NCBI GenBank assembly: GCA_043812915.1
Contig: JBDRLQ010000026.1
Coordinates: 1 to 30,169 of the forward strand
From: Candidatus Micrarchaeota archaeon
GTDB taxonomy: Archaea; Micrarchaeota; Micrarchaeia; Anstonellales; Bilamarchaeaceae
Direction: 5' to 3'
DNA length: 30,169 nt
Position numbers and translations under genes: made by a program
In this document: in pieces, positions 1-8,789 of the stretch
Numbering within the stretch: the stretch's first letter is position 1
Layout: the number at the start of each line of letters is the position of its first letter
The notes under the pieces: model-generated
Told to the model about the DNA's origin: nothing
Databases searched by the model: none
The model's input: only the letters and a program-made list of their open reading frames with translations

Positions 1-585
1 GTCAGCCAGGATGTCATGGAACGAGAGGTTGTTGGCATGGGGTCAAAGAGGCCTGTTGCAGGATGCGCACTGGATAATCCCGGTCATGAGCTGGGCATTT
101 TCACTGAGGGCACGCCCCTAGCCATTAGGACGGAAACTGGCCTTCAGATACTTGAATCTGTCATTGCGATTGTAACTGTCCCTGGCCTTGACCCGACCAG
201 AGAGAGGCTCATCACAAGGGCACTTCCTGGAAAAGATGTTGTCCTTAATTATCATTTTGAGCGTCTTGAGATAAAGCTTGCCCATCCTGAAACCGACAAT
301 CCTGAAGAGGCTGGGGGAGCGATGATGAATGCTGCGAATAGAGTATCCAATGCAATTGCTGCCGCCAATAGCAGCATAACGGATGAAGCAGTTAATTGGA
401 TGGAAGCGATATCTGCCTACGGGTGGGAGCATGTTGATGGAAGCAGACTCAACAGGAATAATCCAATAATTGACAGCATGGAAGCTACACGCAAGGAGGC
501 ATTGGCGCTTATTGGCAGGACAGTCTCGGCTGTAGGGCAGGTTCTGGATAGAGTTTCTGGCTGCATTGCTGATAAAAAGGCATAA
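1..585 (+). CDS. Hypothetical protein, probably 5'-partial
   Basis: The frame is open from base 1 (gtc agc cag gat gtc atg) to TAA at 583-585. No recognisable motif. Confidence 0.6.
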   Translation, partial: VSQDVMEREVVGMGSKRPVAGCALDNPGHELGIFTEGTPLAIRTETGLQILESVIAIVTVPGLDPTRERLITRALPGKDVVLNYHFERLEIKLAHPETDNPEEAGGAMMNAANRVSNAIAAANSSITDEAVNWMEAISAYGWEHVDGSRLNRNNPIIDSMEATRKEALALIGRTVSAVGQVLDRVSGCIADKKA

Positions 586-611
586 AATACATAACACGCT
601 AATTATTTGTG

Positions 612-834
612 GGTGAGGGGCAGGCAGCCAACGCTTCTTTCATAGAAGTGAGGAAGTTCTGTCCTCCCGAGGGTTAAAGGCCTCTAAGGGGTCGGGAGTG
701 CTACAGAAACGGCACCGCTCTGCGGATGAAACGATCATTCCCAACCCAGCGACGGAGCAAGCGGGATTCCCGCGCGAAGTAGAATGCTGCCCCGGACTTG
801 TCCGGAACACAGAAGGCAGACTATGTCCCTCACC
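612..834 (+). ncRNA. rnpB: RNase P RNA, compact archaeal type-M-like
   Basis: P1 ggtgaggggca/tgtccctcacc; P2 ggcagc/gctgcc; P3 cgcttct/agaagtg. CR-I GAGGAAGTTCTGTC pairs with CR-V ACAGAAGGCAGACTA (P4 with bulged U). CR-II AGTGCTACAGAAA, CR-III GGATGAAACG and GGAGCAAG are present. P19 ccgga/tccgg. Confidence 0.93.
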
Positions 835-1348
835 TTATGCTTTTTTCCTTATGTGTGCCAGAGCCCATAGCAAAGCCCCTGCAAGGCCTAATCCAATCCC
901 GACAATCACATCGCGCAATACAATCATTATGCCAGACATGTGATTGTCAAAAAGGATGCGACCGAAATATTCAAAGGGATCCGCTCCAATAGCAAAACCT
1001 GCAATGATTACCAGCAGAAACCAGGCGACCTGAAGAGTCAATGCAGGAAGCACCCAACTACCAACCCGGACTTTACTGAATCGAGAAGGTCCGTATCGGG
1101 GTTTTTTCTGATGTTATATGCGGCATAAATTCCCAACAATGGGATGGCAAGATGCAAAAGGACATTGAGAAGTAAATCAAGATTTATACCTTTCTTAAGC
1201 ATGAGTGAAATGAACATTGGTGCATGGAGGGGTGCTGACATGGGCAGGAAATAGTTAAGCAGCGATATAGAAGCACTGCGATGAAGCTTAGCGATAAGGG
1301 AATTTTGTTTTCTTTGATAATTACTTTTAATTCTGCAATATTCATCAT
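835..1348 (-). pseudogene. Multi-pass membrane protein (~171 aa) interrupted by two apparent 1-nt deletions; pseudogene or sequencing error
   Basis: ATG at 1348, 2 nt after the SRP54 stop, gives MMNIAELKVIIKENKIPLSLSFIAVLL. A shift near 1268 continues into ISLLNYFLP...GLVVG, and a shift near 1053 into VLPALTLQVAWFLL...HIRKKA*. The joined product has about 4 hydrophobic segments. Confidence 0.6.
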
Positions 1349-1350
1349 TG

Positions 1351-2676
1351 TCACATGCCAAGGTTCATGTTGGGCAATTGGCCGCCCTTCATCATTCCTT
1401 CAAGTTTCTTTCTCAGGCCGCGGTCCTTCTTGAAGCGATTCATCATTTTTTCCATTTTCTCGAACTGTGAGAGGAACTCGCGGACTTCCTGGTCAGTGCA
1501 TCCGGAGCCCCTGGCGATTCTTCCTAGCCTTGCCTTGTTGCCCTTGAGCAATTTGGCATCCTTCCGCTCGGCAGAAGTCATGGAATTAATCATTGACTCG
1601 AATTTCTGGAGCTTGCCCTCGCTCTGCTGCACCACTTCCTTCGGGACGTCGCTCGCCCCGAGCATTGAGAACACATTGCCCAATGGCCCCATCTTCTTGG
1701 CGGCTTTTAGCTGCTCGTAGAAAGATTCTATTGTGAGATTCTCGCTCTCCAATCTTTTGATATCGGTCGTCTCGGAGACCTTCTTGATTTTCTCCATCAG
1801 CGCCTCCAAATCAGGAACGCCAAGGAGCCTGCCCACAAACCGCTTGGAGTCGTAGACCTCCAGATCCCCCATCTTTTCCCCGAGCCCGATGAAGGCGACT
1901 TTCGCGTCTGAAGCGGCGACAGCGCTGAGGGCGCCCCCGCCCTTTCCGGAGCCATCCATCTTGGTGACTATCACCCCTGATAATGGAATGGTGCTCTTGA
2001 ACTCGGACGCCTGCTTTCCGGCAATCTGCCCGATATCCCCGCTGACAACGAGATAGCTCTCATCAGGCTTGAGGACATCGCACATGCCCCTCAGTTCCTC
2101 TGCCAGCTTTCCATCGAACGCGGAGCGGCCTGCCGAATCCACGATGATAACATCATCCTTAGAGCGCTCGAGAGCGTCTTTCACTATTGTGGATGGGTCC
2201 TTTTCGCCCTTGAGGGTGTAGAAATTGGAATTCGCCTGCCTGGCAAGCTGCTCCAATTGCTCCTGGGCCGCCGGCCTGTCAGTATCGGCGCCAACAAGAC
2301 CCACCGAAAGGCCCCGGGATTTGTAGAAATGGGCTATTTTGGCGCATGTGGTGGTCTTGCCGCTCCCGTACAGCCCGCACATAAGGATTCTGTGCTTGTC
2401 CAGCCTCGGGGAATAGCTCTCTCCCATGAAGGAGGTCAGCTCCTCATAGACCACCTTCATCACATGCTCGCGGAGTGAGAGTGCCTCCAGCTTCTTCACT
2501 TTCAGGGAGCGCTCCTCAATCCTCTTGGACAAATCGAATACTAGCTTGATGTTCACATCGGATGAAATAAGGACTCGCTGGATCTCCTTAATCAGCGATT
2601 TCACTGCGGCCTCGTCAACGTAAGGCCTGTTGGTAAGCTTCGAAAGCGCCTCCCTCAGTTTCTTTCCAAGATCCAT
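1351..2676 (-). CDS. srp54: Signal recognition particle GTPase SRP54/Ffh
   Basis: N domain (LISSDVNI), G1 GLYGSGKTTT, DTDRPAA, DSAGR, TKMDG, and a Met-rich M domain (INSMT..ER...RIARGSG). Confidence 0.97.
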   Translation of the reverse strand: MDLGKKLREALSKLTNRPYVDEAAVKSLIKEIQRVLISSDVNIKLVFDLSKRIEERSLKVKKLEALSLREHVMKVVYEELTSFMGESYSPRLDKHRILMCGLYGSGKTTTCAKIAHFYKSRGLSVGLVGADTDRPAAQEQLEQLARQANSNFYTLKGEKDPSTIVKDALERSKDDVIIVDSAGRSAFDGKLAEELRGMCDVLKPDESYLVVSGDIGQIAGKQASEFKSTIPLSGVIVTKMDGSGKGGGALSAVAASDAKVAFIGLGEKMGDLEVYDSKRFVGRLLGVPDLEALMEKIKKVSETTDIKRLESENLTIESFYEQLKAAKKMGPLGNVFSMLGASDVPKEVVQQSEGKLQKFESMINSMTSAERKDAKLLKGNKARLGRIARGSGCTDQEVREFLSQFEKMEKMMNRFKKDRGLRKKLEGMMKGGQLPNMNLGM

Positions 2677-2838
2677 CAGTAAACCTCAATTGATTAAATG
2701 ATAAAGGAAAAACCGTTTTTTAAACAATCTTTTAATCCTGATATAACATCATTATCCTCATATATAAACATATTCTTTCTGCCAGCCTGGGGCAAGATAA
2801 TAAAACCTGCCTGTCCTATTCCTTTTCAAGGTGAAAAA

Positions 2839-3282
2839 ATGCCCCTGACAGCCGGAACGATGGCCCTTGAGACAGACAAGAAATCATACAAGCCAGGGCA
2901 GACAGTGAAGGTCACAATCATCCTTGAGCTGAAGAAGCCGACGAAAGCCGAATGGCTTGAGGCGATAGTGGAGGGCACCGAAACGGCCATCAAGACCAAG
3001 AGAGAAACTGTCACAATAAAAGCCGGGAGGGGAAAGGCTCCAAAGAAGGTCGAGAGGGCGGAATCCGAGGAGATAATGAGCGCCTTGCAGTATGACGAGA
3101 AGGTGGTCTCGGGCAAGACGCTCTATAAGAGCGGTAAATACACAGTGAGCTTCAAGCTCCCAAAGACGATGAAGCGGACCGCCAAGGCAGGAGGAGCAAG
3201 GGTGAGATACCACCTTAAGGCATGCCTGAACATCCCGCTGAGCCTTGACCTGAACGCTGAGCAGGAGTTAATAATAAAATAG
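2839..3282 (+). CDS. Arrestin-N/Spo0M-like beta-sandwich protein
   Basis: AGGTGA RBS before ATG 2839, so the ORF-track start at 2698 runs through promoter DNA. The pattern YKPGQTV.V...L..P...G.E...GKY..SFKLP...VRY.LKA.LNIP is typical of arrestin N domains. Confidence 0.65.
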   Translation: MPLTAGTMALETDKKSYKPGQTVKVTIILELKKPTKAEWLEAIVEGTETAIKTKRETVTIKAGRGKAPKKVERAESEEIMSALQYDEKVVSGKTLYKSGKYTVSFKLPKTMKRTAKAGGARVRYHLKACLNIPLSLDLNAEQELIIK

Positions 3283-3368
3283 TCGTTTTGAGGCATCTAT
3301 TTTTAAATCTTGTTATAGAAGATGGACAAACGGTAATATATATAAACTCCATCCGCCCTAATTAATGC

Positions 3369-4361
3369 ATGCACCAGCAGTCCATTTCACGTTCCAGGAG
3401 CCAGACATATTGGAAGATTGCCAGCCAAAGATGCCAGCTCATAAACTGCAAGGCCGCTGCCATGATTGCAAAGGCCCTTGGCGGCTTTAAGGCAGGAAGC
3501 GAAAGGTTCTGCGTAGCAACACCAGGCAGCGACGGCAGGCTGGAGAAGGGAACAGCATCGCAATTGGATGCAGTAATTTACCACGATGGTTTGGACAAAA
3601 AGAGCCTGAGAAGCCTGGCTTTCATACTCTCTGATGTCCTAAACGAGGAAAGGTGCCCAATTCTGAGCGGGGAGGTAGTCGAGGACAAGAATATCAGGGA
3701 AGGGAGCATGATATATTTCAATAGGAACCCTAGAATGGTCTTTCCCTCGAGAGTTCTGGATTCTTTCCTCCTTTACGGGGACGAGAGTGTACTGGCAATG
3801 GCAAAGCGTAAAATGCTGGACGAGCTTGAGGGCAGGGAAGGCAAGAGGGCACTTACAGAGATAGGAAATAGAAAACAGAAAGCCAGGCGCTTGATGCAGA
3901 GCGGGCAGCAGTCATGGAGAGGCGAGATGCTGACACATTTTGACCTGGATACTGGGATTGCTTATTACAAAACCGTTGAGGCAGGTGGCTCGCAGGCGCA
4001 TCTCCGGGGCTTTAAGCATGGCCCCCTAAGATACGTCCAGATTGCTATGGAACAGGCAGTTGTCAGCATGGCCAGAGTTCTTATGGGGCAGGGCAAAAAG
4101 GACGATGCAAACTCAGTAATTGCCGAGGTTCCCACACCGACTGTTGCAAAGATTGAATTCATTTCAAGGCATGGGAAGTCAAAACTGGGCGCAGCAGAGG
4201 TTGCCGATCTGACAGACTGTTACCTTGCATTCCTTCAGCTCCACCATCAAAGCGAGGAGCTCTCCAAAGAAGGCATAACAGAGTTGAACTTCGACGTGGC
4301 TGAGGCAAAGGACAGGGCGGATGCGATCCATAGGGTGCTGGGAGGCGGAATTGTAAGATAG
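3369..4361 (+). CDS. Putative nucleotidyltransferase-fold protein (GlnD/GlnE/DUF294-like)
   Basis: GSDGRLE...SQLD resembles the Pol-beta superfamily motif GS.GR.E...SD.D. C-terminal FKHGPLR and YLAFLQLHH resemble the helical substrate-binding domain of GlnD/GlnE/DUF294. Confidence 0.55.
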   Translation: MHQQSISRSRSQTYWKIASQRCQLINCKAAAMIAKALGGFKAGSERFCVATPGSDGRLEKGTASQLDAVIYHDGLDKKSLRSLAFILSDVLNEERCPILSGEVVEDKNIREGSMIYFNRNPRMVFPSRVLDSFLLYGDESVLAMAKRKMLDELEGREGKRALTEIGNRKQKARRLMQSGQQSWRGEMLTHFDLDTGIAYYKTVEAGGSQAHLRGFKHGPLRYVQIAMEQAVVSMARVLMGQGKKDDANSVIAEVPTPTVAKIEFISRHGKSKLGAAEVADLTDCYLAFLQLHHQSEELSKEGITELNFDVAEAKDRADAIHRVLGGGIVR

Positions 4362-4377
4362 CGCCCACAAAACTACC

Positions 4378-4385
4378 TTTTTAAA
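4378..4385 (+). promoter_or_regulatory. Probable TATA box upstream of the thermosome gene
   Basis: TTTTTAAA preceded by an A-rich BRE-like stretch. The same motif recurs in other intergenic regions (about 2715, 3300, 11952). Confidence 0.4.
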
Positions 4386-4488
4386 CCTTATTTTCCATAC
4401 CTATAGACAGTCAATTTTTTTGAATTACAATGTTTGGCTAATCAGAAGTTTGAATTCTGCTTAATGATTGGAATATAGAGGTGAAAAT

Positions 4489-6141
4489 ATGGCAAAACAA
4501 GTAAGTGGAGAACAGATGTACGTGCTTCCGGAAGGGGCGCAGAGAGTTCTCGGAAGGGACGCTATGAGGATGAACATCGCAATTGGATATGCGGTTGCGA
4601 ATATCGTAAAGAGCACCCTTGGCCCTAAAGGGATGGACAAGATGCTGGTTAGCGACCTCGGTGACATAGTCATTACCAACGACGGCGCGACGATACTCGA
4701 GGAGATGAATGTCGACCACCCGGCCGCGAAGCTGATGGTGGAGATATCAAAGACCCAGGACAAGGAAGTGGGGGACGGAACGACAACCTCAGTCGTAATC
4801 GCTGGGAACCTGCTCAAAAAGGCTGGAGAGCTTCTTGACCAGAGCATCCATCCGACGACTATCATTAAGGGATATGAGCTAGCCTCCAGAAAGGCGGAGC
4901 AGACCCTGACCTCGCTTTCTGAGACAGTTACTCCGGATGACGAGGATACCCTGTACAAAATCGCGCTCATAGCGATGGGCTCGAAGGGCATCGGCTCTGA
5001 TGAGGAGAAGGAGAGCGTCGCGAAGCTGGTGTCAGACGCAGTGACACAGGTCGCCGAGGACAAAGACGGAAAATACGTCGTTGACCTGGACCTTATCAAG
5101 ATCGAGAAGAAGGCAGGCGGGGAAGTGCTTGACAGCTCACTCATAAGGGGCGTGCTTGTTGACAAGGAAGTGGTGCACTCCGGGATGCCAAAGAGCGTGA
5201 AAGAGGCAAAAATCCTGCTTCTTGACACCGCGCTTGAGATTGAGAAAACCGAAACCGATGCAAAAATCGAGATAACATCACCCGAGAGCATGGAGGCGTT
5301 CCTCCAGCAGGAAGAGAAGATGATGAAGGAGATGGTGGGGAAGATTGCAGCAACCACTGCCAACGTCGTTTTCTGCCAGAAAGGTATAGATGACCTTGTC
5401 CAGCACTATCTTTCCAAGAAGAAGATTATGGCAGTGCGCAGGGTGAAGAAGAGCGACATGGAGAAACTCTCAAGGGCAACTGGAGGGGCAATAGCATCCA
5501 GCCTCGAGGACCTGAGGGCAGAGGACCTTGGAAGCGCAGGCATCGTACAGGAGAAGAAGATAGGCGGAGAGGCGATGGTCTTTGTTGAGAAGTGCAAGGA
5601 CCCCAAGAGCGTCACCATCTTCGTCCGGGGCGGAACTGACCATGTAGTCAGCGAGGTCGAGAGGGCAGTTGTCGATTCGCGCGGAGCAGTCGCAAGCGCG
5701 CTTGAGGATGGCAGGTATGTCATCGGCGGCGGAAGCGTGGAGATGGAAATCTCCAAGGAACTTAGCAACTACGCAGTCGAGATTGGCGGAAGGGAGCAGC
5801 TGGCCATCCAGGCATTCGCCGACGCCCTGGAGTCGATTCCGAGGGCGCTTGCCGAGAACGCGGGCATGGACGTGATTGACACGATTGTCGCCCTGAAGAA
5901 CAAGCACAAGGAGAAGGACGGCACGACCGTCGGTGTTGATGTCATTGCAGGAAAGGTCGGTGACCTTAAGGCAAAGGGCATCTTCGAGCCGGCAAGGGTT
6001 AAGAAGCAGGCAATGGCTTCTGCTACTGAAACTGCCAGGCTGGTGCTCAGGATTGACGACATAATCAGCTCGAAAGGCGGCAGGGGCGGCGGAGGACCGC
6101 CCGGAATGCCCCCTGGAATGGGCGGAATGGGAATGGATTAG
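4489..6141 (+). CDS. thsA: Thermosome subunit (group II chaperonin)
   Basis: STLGPKGMDKML, ITNDGATIL, GDGTTT, and a GGM/PPGM C-terminal tail. GAGGTGA RBS before ATG 4489. The alpha/beta subunit assignment is uncertain. Confidence 0.97.
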   Translation: MAKQVSGEQMYVLPEGAQRVLGRDAMRMNIAIGYAVANIVKSTLGPKGMDKMLVSDLGDIVITNDGATILEEMNVDHPAAKLMVEISKTQDKEVGDGTTTSVVIAGNLLKKAGELLDQSIHPTTIIKGYELASRKAEQTLTSLSETVTPDDEDTLYKIALIAMGSKGIGSDEEKESVAKLVSDAVTQVAEDKDGKYVVDLDLIKIEKKAGGEVLDSSLIRGVLVDKEVVHSGMPKSVKEAKILLLDTALEIEKTETDAKIEITSPESMEAFLQQEEKMMKEMVGKIAATTANVVFCQKGIDDLVQHYLSKKKIMAVRRVKKSDMEKLSRATGGAIASSLEDLRAEDLGSAGIVQEKKIGGEAMVFVEKCKDPKSVTIFVRGGTDHVVSEVERAVVDSRGAVASALEDGRYVIGGGSVEMEISKELSNYAVEIGGREQLAIQAFADALESIPRALAENAGMDVIDTIVALKNKHKEKDGTTVGVDVIAGKVGDLKAKGIFEPARVKKQAMASATETARLVLRIDDIISSKGGRGGGGPPGMPPGMGGMGMD

Positions 6142-6272
6142 TCCATTCCTGAATTTTTTTATTTTAATCCCAAATTCTGCTTTCCAAGAGGGCGGGGAAA
6201 TGCCGGGTGGCATTCAACCTGGCCCTCCTTGTTTCACCTAAGCTTTTTTTAGTTGACCTGCGATAACTGCCA

Positions 6273-6698
6273 ATGGCAATTTCAGATCTTGATGAGCTCC
6301 TGAAGAACATGGCGCCCAAAGTTGTTGAAGGCAAACACCATTTCGCCTCGGTTGACGAAGGGAACCTGATGGCGGTCGCCAACTACCTGAGTTACGTGGT
6401 TGATGTCTTTCGGGAGGAAGAGGGGCTGAGCATAGTTTTCCAGGAGGACATTCTCGAGGGGATGAAGGAACTGTCCGATAAAGAGGTGCTTGGCCCGTTC
6501 GCGATGATTACGCTAAGTGTGAATTCTGATTTGACGGCTGTCGGCTTTCTGGCGAAAGTGGCAGATGCCCTGGCAAAAGAAGGGATAAGCTCGAACGTAT
6601 TTTCCGCCTACCACCACGACCATCTTTTCGTGCCGTATGAAAAGAAAGACGATGCGATGCGCGTTCTTCGCAGGCTCTCAGGACCTGGCAGGGGGTAA
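6273..6698 (+). CDS. ACT-domain protein (DUF2241/COG3602, CASTOR-like ACT)
   Basis: FREEEGLSIV, ITLSVNSDLTAVGF, GISSNVFSAYHHDHLFVP. Confidence 0.85.
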   Translation: MAISDLDELLKNMAPKVVEGKHHFASVDEGNLMAVANYLSYVVDVFREEEGLSIVFQEDILEGMKELSDKEVLGPFAMITLSVNSDLTAVGFLAKVADALAKEGISSNVFSAYHHDHLFVPYEKKDDAMRVLRRLSGPGRG

Positions 6699-7421
6699 TT
6701 GCATTGGATTGTGCTCTTCAGGTGCCTTCGGGAGGGCAGGCAGCGTTCCATTGGAAAAAAGAGCCCGTATTGCTCCCGCGTGTTCCCGAAGTTCATCGCA
6801 TCTCCCCCTGATTTTCCATGAGCCCGCCTGTAGCAGGTGGCAAAAGCCAATCATGCAGGCGAATGAAACACCGGTTGTCGCAAGGAATAGCAAACCCGCA
6901 ATCACCTTGCCAGCCTCGATTGCTGTTGAAATGGCCAATGCATCAATCAGCAATTTCGCACCCCACGCCCCAGCACCGACTCCGCCGAAAAATATTACAG
7001 GAGGTATGGCATCGCTGCCAAGTATCGTATCTGCAAAAAACCGGAGCCGGCCCGCCCTCTTTTCAGCCTTTGCGAGCTTGCCATGCGCCACTGCCGAGAC
7101 CAGCATCTCGTCTTCTTCTCTCAGGCTGACGATGCCAGGCGTGCGGTAAGGCTTACTCTTTGGGGGAAGTTCCGGCAGGTCTTGTGGGGAAAGCGCCTCC
7201 AGATACTTTCCTTTGCGGGCAAGCCTCTTTCTCCACTTCTCCATCTGGGCTCTCGCCCCGCCCCTCCGGAGTCCCTCAATTGCCACTGCGTCAAATGGCG
7301 ACTCGCGCCTTCCTGCGGCTGATGCGGTTGTTTTCAATTTTTGCAGAACAGTATAATCCTTCGAAGGTTCGTGCTCCCTTATTGCCAGCCGTTTCAAACT
7401 GCCACCTATTTTATGTCTCAA
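6678..7421 (-). CDS. Hypothetical membrane protein
   Basis: The start overlaps the phosphohexomutase stop (ATGA). Two hydrophobic segments in the C-terminal half and a basic N-terminus. Confidence 0.55.
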   Translation of the reverse strand: MRHKIGGSLKRLAIREHEPSKDYTVLQKLKTTASAAGRRESPFDAVAIEGLRRGGARAQMEKWRKRLARKGKYLEALSPQDLPELPPKSKPYRTPGIVSLREEDEMLVSAVAHGKLAKAEKRAGRLRFFADTILGSDAIPPVIFFGGVGAGAWGAKLLIDALAISTAIEAGKVIAGLLFLATTGVSFACMIGFCHLLQAGSWKIRGRCDELREHAGAIRALFSNGTLPALPKAPEEHNPMQLPPARS

Positions 7422-8722
7422 AGGCTTCTTTTAATTGCCTCCACCAATTGCGCTTTGCGTCCCTCAAGCCTTTTGGCCGTCTTGTATTCCATTGTGAGGC
7501 GGACAATCGGCTCTGTGCCTGAGGCGCGGATAAGGAACCAGCCGTCATCCTCATCGACGCGGATGCCATCCTCTTCGCTCCTCCTGCCTTCTATCGTGAT
7601 TTCCTTCTTGATTTTCCCGACCGCATCATACTTGTTGGCTGCCCTGAATTTCTCCCTTGCCATGAAATACTGCCTGTATTTCTTCTTCTGCTCCGAGAAT
7701 CTGCCCTTGGCGCAGAAGAGCTCTGCGAACTTTGCCGCAGCAAGAATCGCATCAGGAACATGCACCCCTTTCTTGTAGATGTATTCTCCGCAGGGCTCGC
7801 CTCCAAAGAGGGCATTCTCCTTTTCCAGGGATTCGGCGACATAGGTGCTGCCAACAGGAGTGATTATTATGCTGCCTTCATTCTGCTCAACGACTTCCCG
7901 GACTGCAAGGGAAGCTTCCATGGTGGAGATTATTTTCCTGTTCCTGCTGTTTTCAAGCTCATGCTCAATCATCATGGCAAGCTGCACGTCCAAGGGTAGC
8001 ACGCTGCCGGAGTCATCCACGATGACCACCCTGTCCGCGTCCCCGTCGTGGGCAAGGCCGAAATCCGCCTTTTCAGAGCGCATTCTTTCAATCAGCCCCT
8101 GCAGGTTCTTCTCATTTGGCTCTGAGGGCCTGGCAAAGCCTTCCAGCGAATCATTCATAACGCTGACATCGCAGCCCAAATCCCTCATGAGCATGGGCGT
8201 GATTACCGCGCCTGCGCCGTTGCAGTCCACAACAACCTTCGGTTTTGCTCTCATGATTGCCTGGGAATCAACCCGCTCCAGAACAAGGTCGATATGATTC
8301 TTTATTGTCCCGTTGTCTTCGGTTGTTTTCCCGACCTTGTCCCACTCTGCAAGAATCGGATTCCGGCTGCAACGCTCGGAGATTTTCCTCTCGTATTCCC
8401 TGTCTATCTCCTTGGATTGTGAAATGAGCTTCATGCCATTGTATTCTCCTGGGTTATGGGAGGCAGTAACCATTATTCCATTGCATGAGTGCTTCCTTGT
8501 CGCAAGAGCGACTGTCGGGGTCGGGACTATCCCAAGCAAGATTACGTCCCTCCCTGCGGCCAGCGCGCCGGAAGCTGCCGCCATCGAGAGGGGGATTCCG
8601 GTTTTCCGGGTGTCCCTCCCGATTGCGATATCCTTCTCAGAAAAAGCGTTCGCCACCTTGATTGCGAGCCCTTCATTGACCTCTTTTCCGTAGAGGCCCC
8701 TTATCCCCGATGTTCCGAACAT
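7418..8722 (-). CDS. Alpha-D-phosphohexomutase (phosphoglucosamine mutase / PMM-PGM family)
   Basis: FGTSGIRG, phosphoserine loop TASHNP, metal loop DGDADR, GGEPCG, IRASGTEP. Start placed at MFGTSG. Confidence 0.95.
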   Translation of the reverse strand: MFGTSGIRGLYGKEVNEGLAIKVANAFSEKDIAIGRDTRKTGIPLSMAAASGALAAGRDVILLGIVPTPTVALATRKHSCNGIMVTASHNPGEYNGMKLISQSKEIDREYERKISERCSRNPILAEWDKVGKTTEDNGTIKNHIDLVLERVDSQAIMRAKPKVVVDCNGAGAVITPMLMRDLGCDVSVMNDSLEGFARPSEPNEKNLQGLIERMRSEKADFGLAHDGDADRVVIVDDSGSVLPLDVQLAMMIEHELENSRNRKIISTMEASLAVREVVEQNEGSIIITPVGSTYVAESLEKENALFGGEPCGEYIYKKGVHVPDAILAAAKFAELFCAKGRFSEQKKKYRQYFMAREKFRAANKYDAVGKIKKEITIEGRRSEEDGIRVDEDDGWFLIRASGTEPIVRLTMEYKTAKRLEGRKAQLVEAIKRSL

Positions 8723-8789
8723 ATGGAAAAAAGCGCTGCGAAACATATTTATTAATACTCGTAGCTACCTACATATCTGAGGTGGTATT

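Noticed and set aside
698..992. Short + strand ORFs 698..943 and 798..992
   Set aside because: They overlap the RNase P RNA and the antisense strand of the membrane gene, and have no protein-like features.
6076..6138. Short GGAATG-type repeats at the thermosome 3' end
   Set aside because: They encode the ordinary GGM/PGM chaperonin tail.
4461..6213. Long antisense ORFs (300 aa and 247 aa) over the thermosome gene, and similar ones over xpd, rfcL and the 26147 gene
   Set aside because: Shadow ORFs caused by codon bias of the real genes; Ser-rich, motif-free translations.
6185..6231. Archaeal SECIS element
   Set aside because: A GAA is present but the geometry does not clearly fit, and no adjacent gene has a plausible in-frame UGA.
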